Assembly (NCBI RefSeq): GCF_006345805.1
Contig: NC_043007.1
Location: 70,618,001 to 70,682,000 of the forward strand
Direction: 5' to 3'
DNA from: Octopus sinensis
Taxonomy: Eukaryota
DNA length: 64,000 bases
Shown here: in pieces, positions 63,914-64,000 of the stretch
How positions within the stretch are numbered: position 1 is the stretch's first letter
Layout: every line of letters starts with the position of its first letter
Position numbers and translations under genes: made by a program
Notes under the pieces: model-generated
Told to the model about the DNA's origin: nothing
Database searches by the model: none
The model's input: only the letters and a program-made list of their open reading frames with translations

Positions 63914-64000
63914 CTAGCACTATGACCCGGCGTTGCCGGGTCTAGTACTAGTCAAGCATATTTGGTCTTTCATGAAAATCCCGCTCTCTTGTCATTCACT
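63914..64000 (-). mobile_element. Helitron-type 3' terminus, probably running off the window
   Basis: Perfect hairpin GACCCGGC-gtt-GCCGGGTC (63924-63942) next to CTAG; orientation is uncertain because CTAG occurs on both sides. Confidence 0.55.

Overview
AT-rich, repeat-dense animal genomic DNA; the SINE repertoire and gene structure point to an octopus (coleoid cephalopod), which is an inference. Two multi-exon genes lie head-to-head about 7.4 kb apart. ESF1 (pre-rRNA processing factor, minus strand) has 14 coding exons from 23468 to 948, reconstructed by hand with consistent splice phases (2427 nt, 808 aa), plus a probable non-coding first exon ending at 27185. GCC1/GCC88 (GRIP-domain golgin, plus strand) has 9 coding exons from 39888 to 56566 (2166 nt, 721 aa), plus a probable non-coding first exon ending at 34669. 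Introns and intergenic DNA contain at least three tRNA-derived SINE families, an RTE-tail-like retroelement family, two internally deleted mariners, hAT, piggyBac, pogo, Kolobok and Merlin-like MITEs, Helitron remnants, a CR1 3' end and Penelope-like remnants. Most notable: (1) an apparently intact type-I hammerhead ribozyme plus variant or degenerate ones, one of them fused to a tRNA-like Pol III head; (2) a 1.1-kb spacerless modular palindrome with Merlin-like termini in ESF1 intron 1, related to two telomere-repeat-bearing MITEs; (3) a GC-donor symmetric acidic ESF1 exon; (4) stacked uORFs at the GCC1 start. Nearly all other ORFs in the supplied track are repeat-derived noise.
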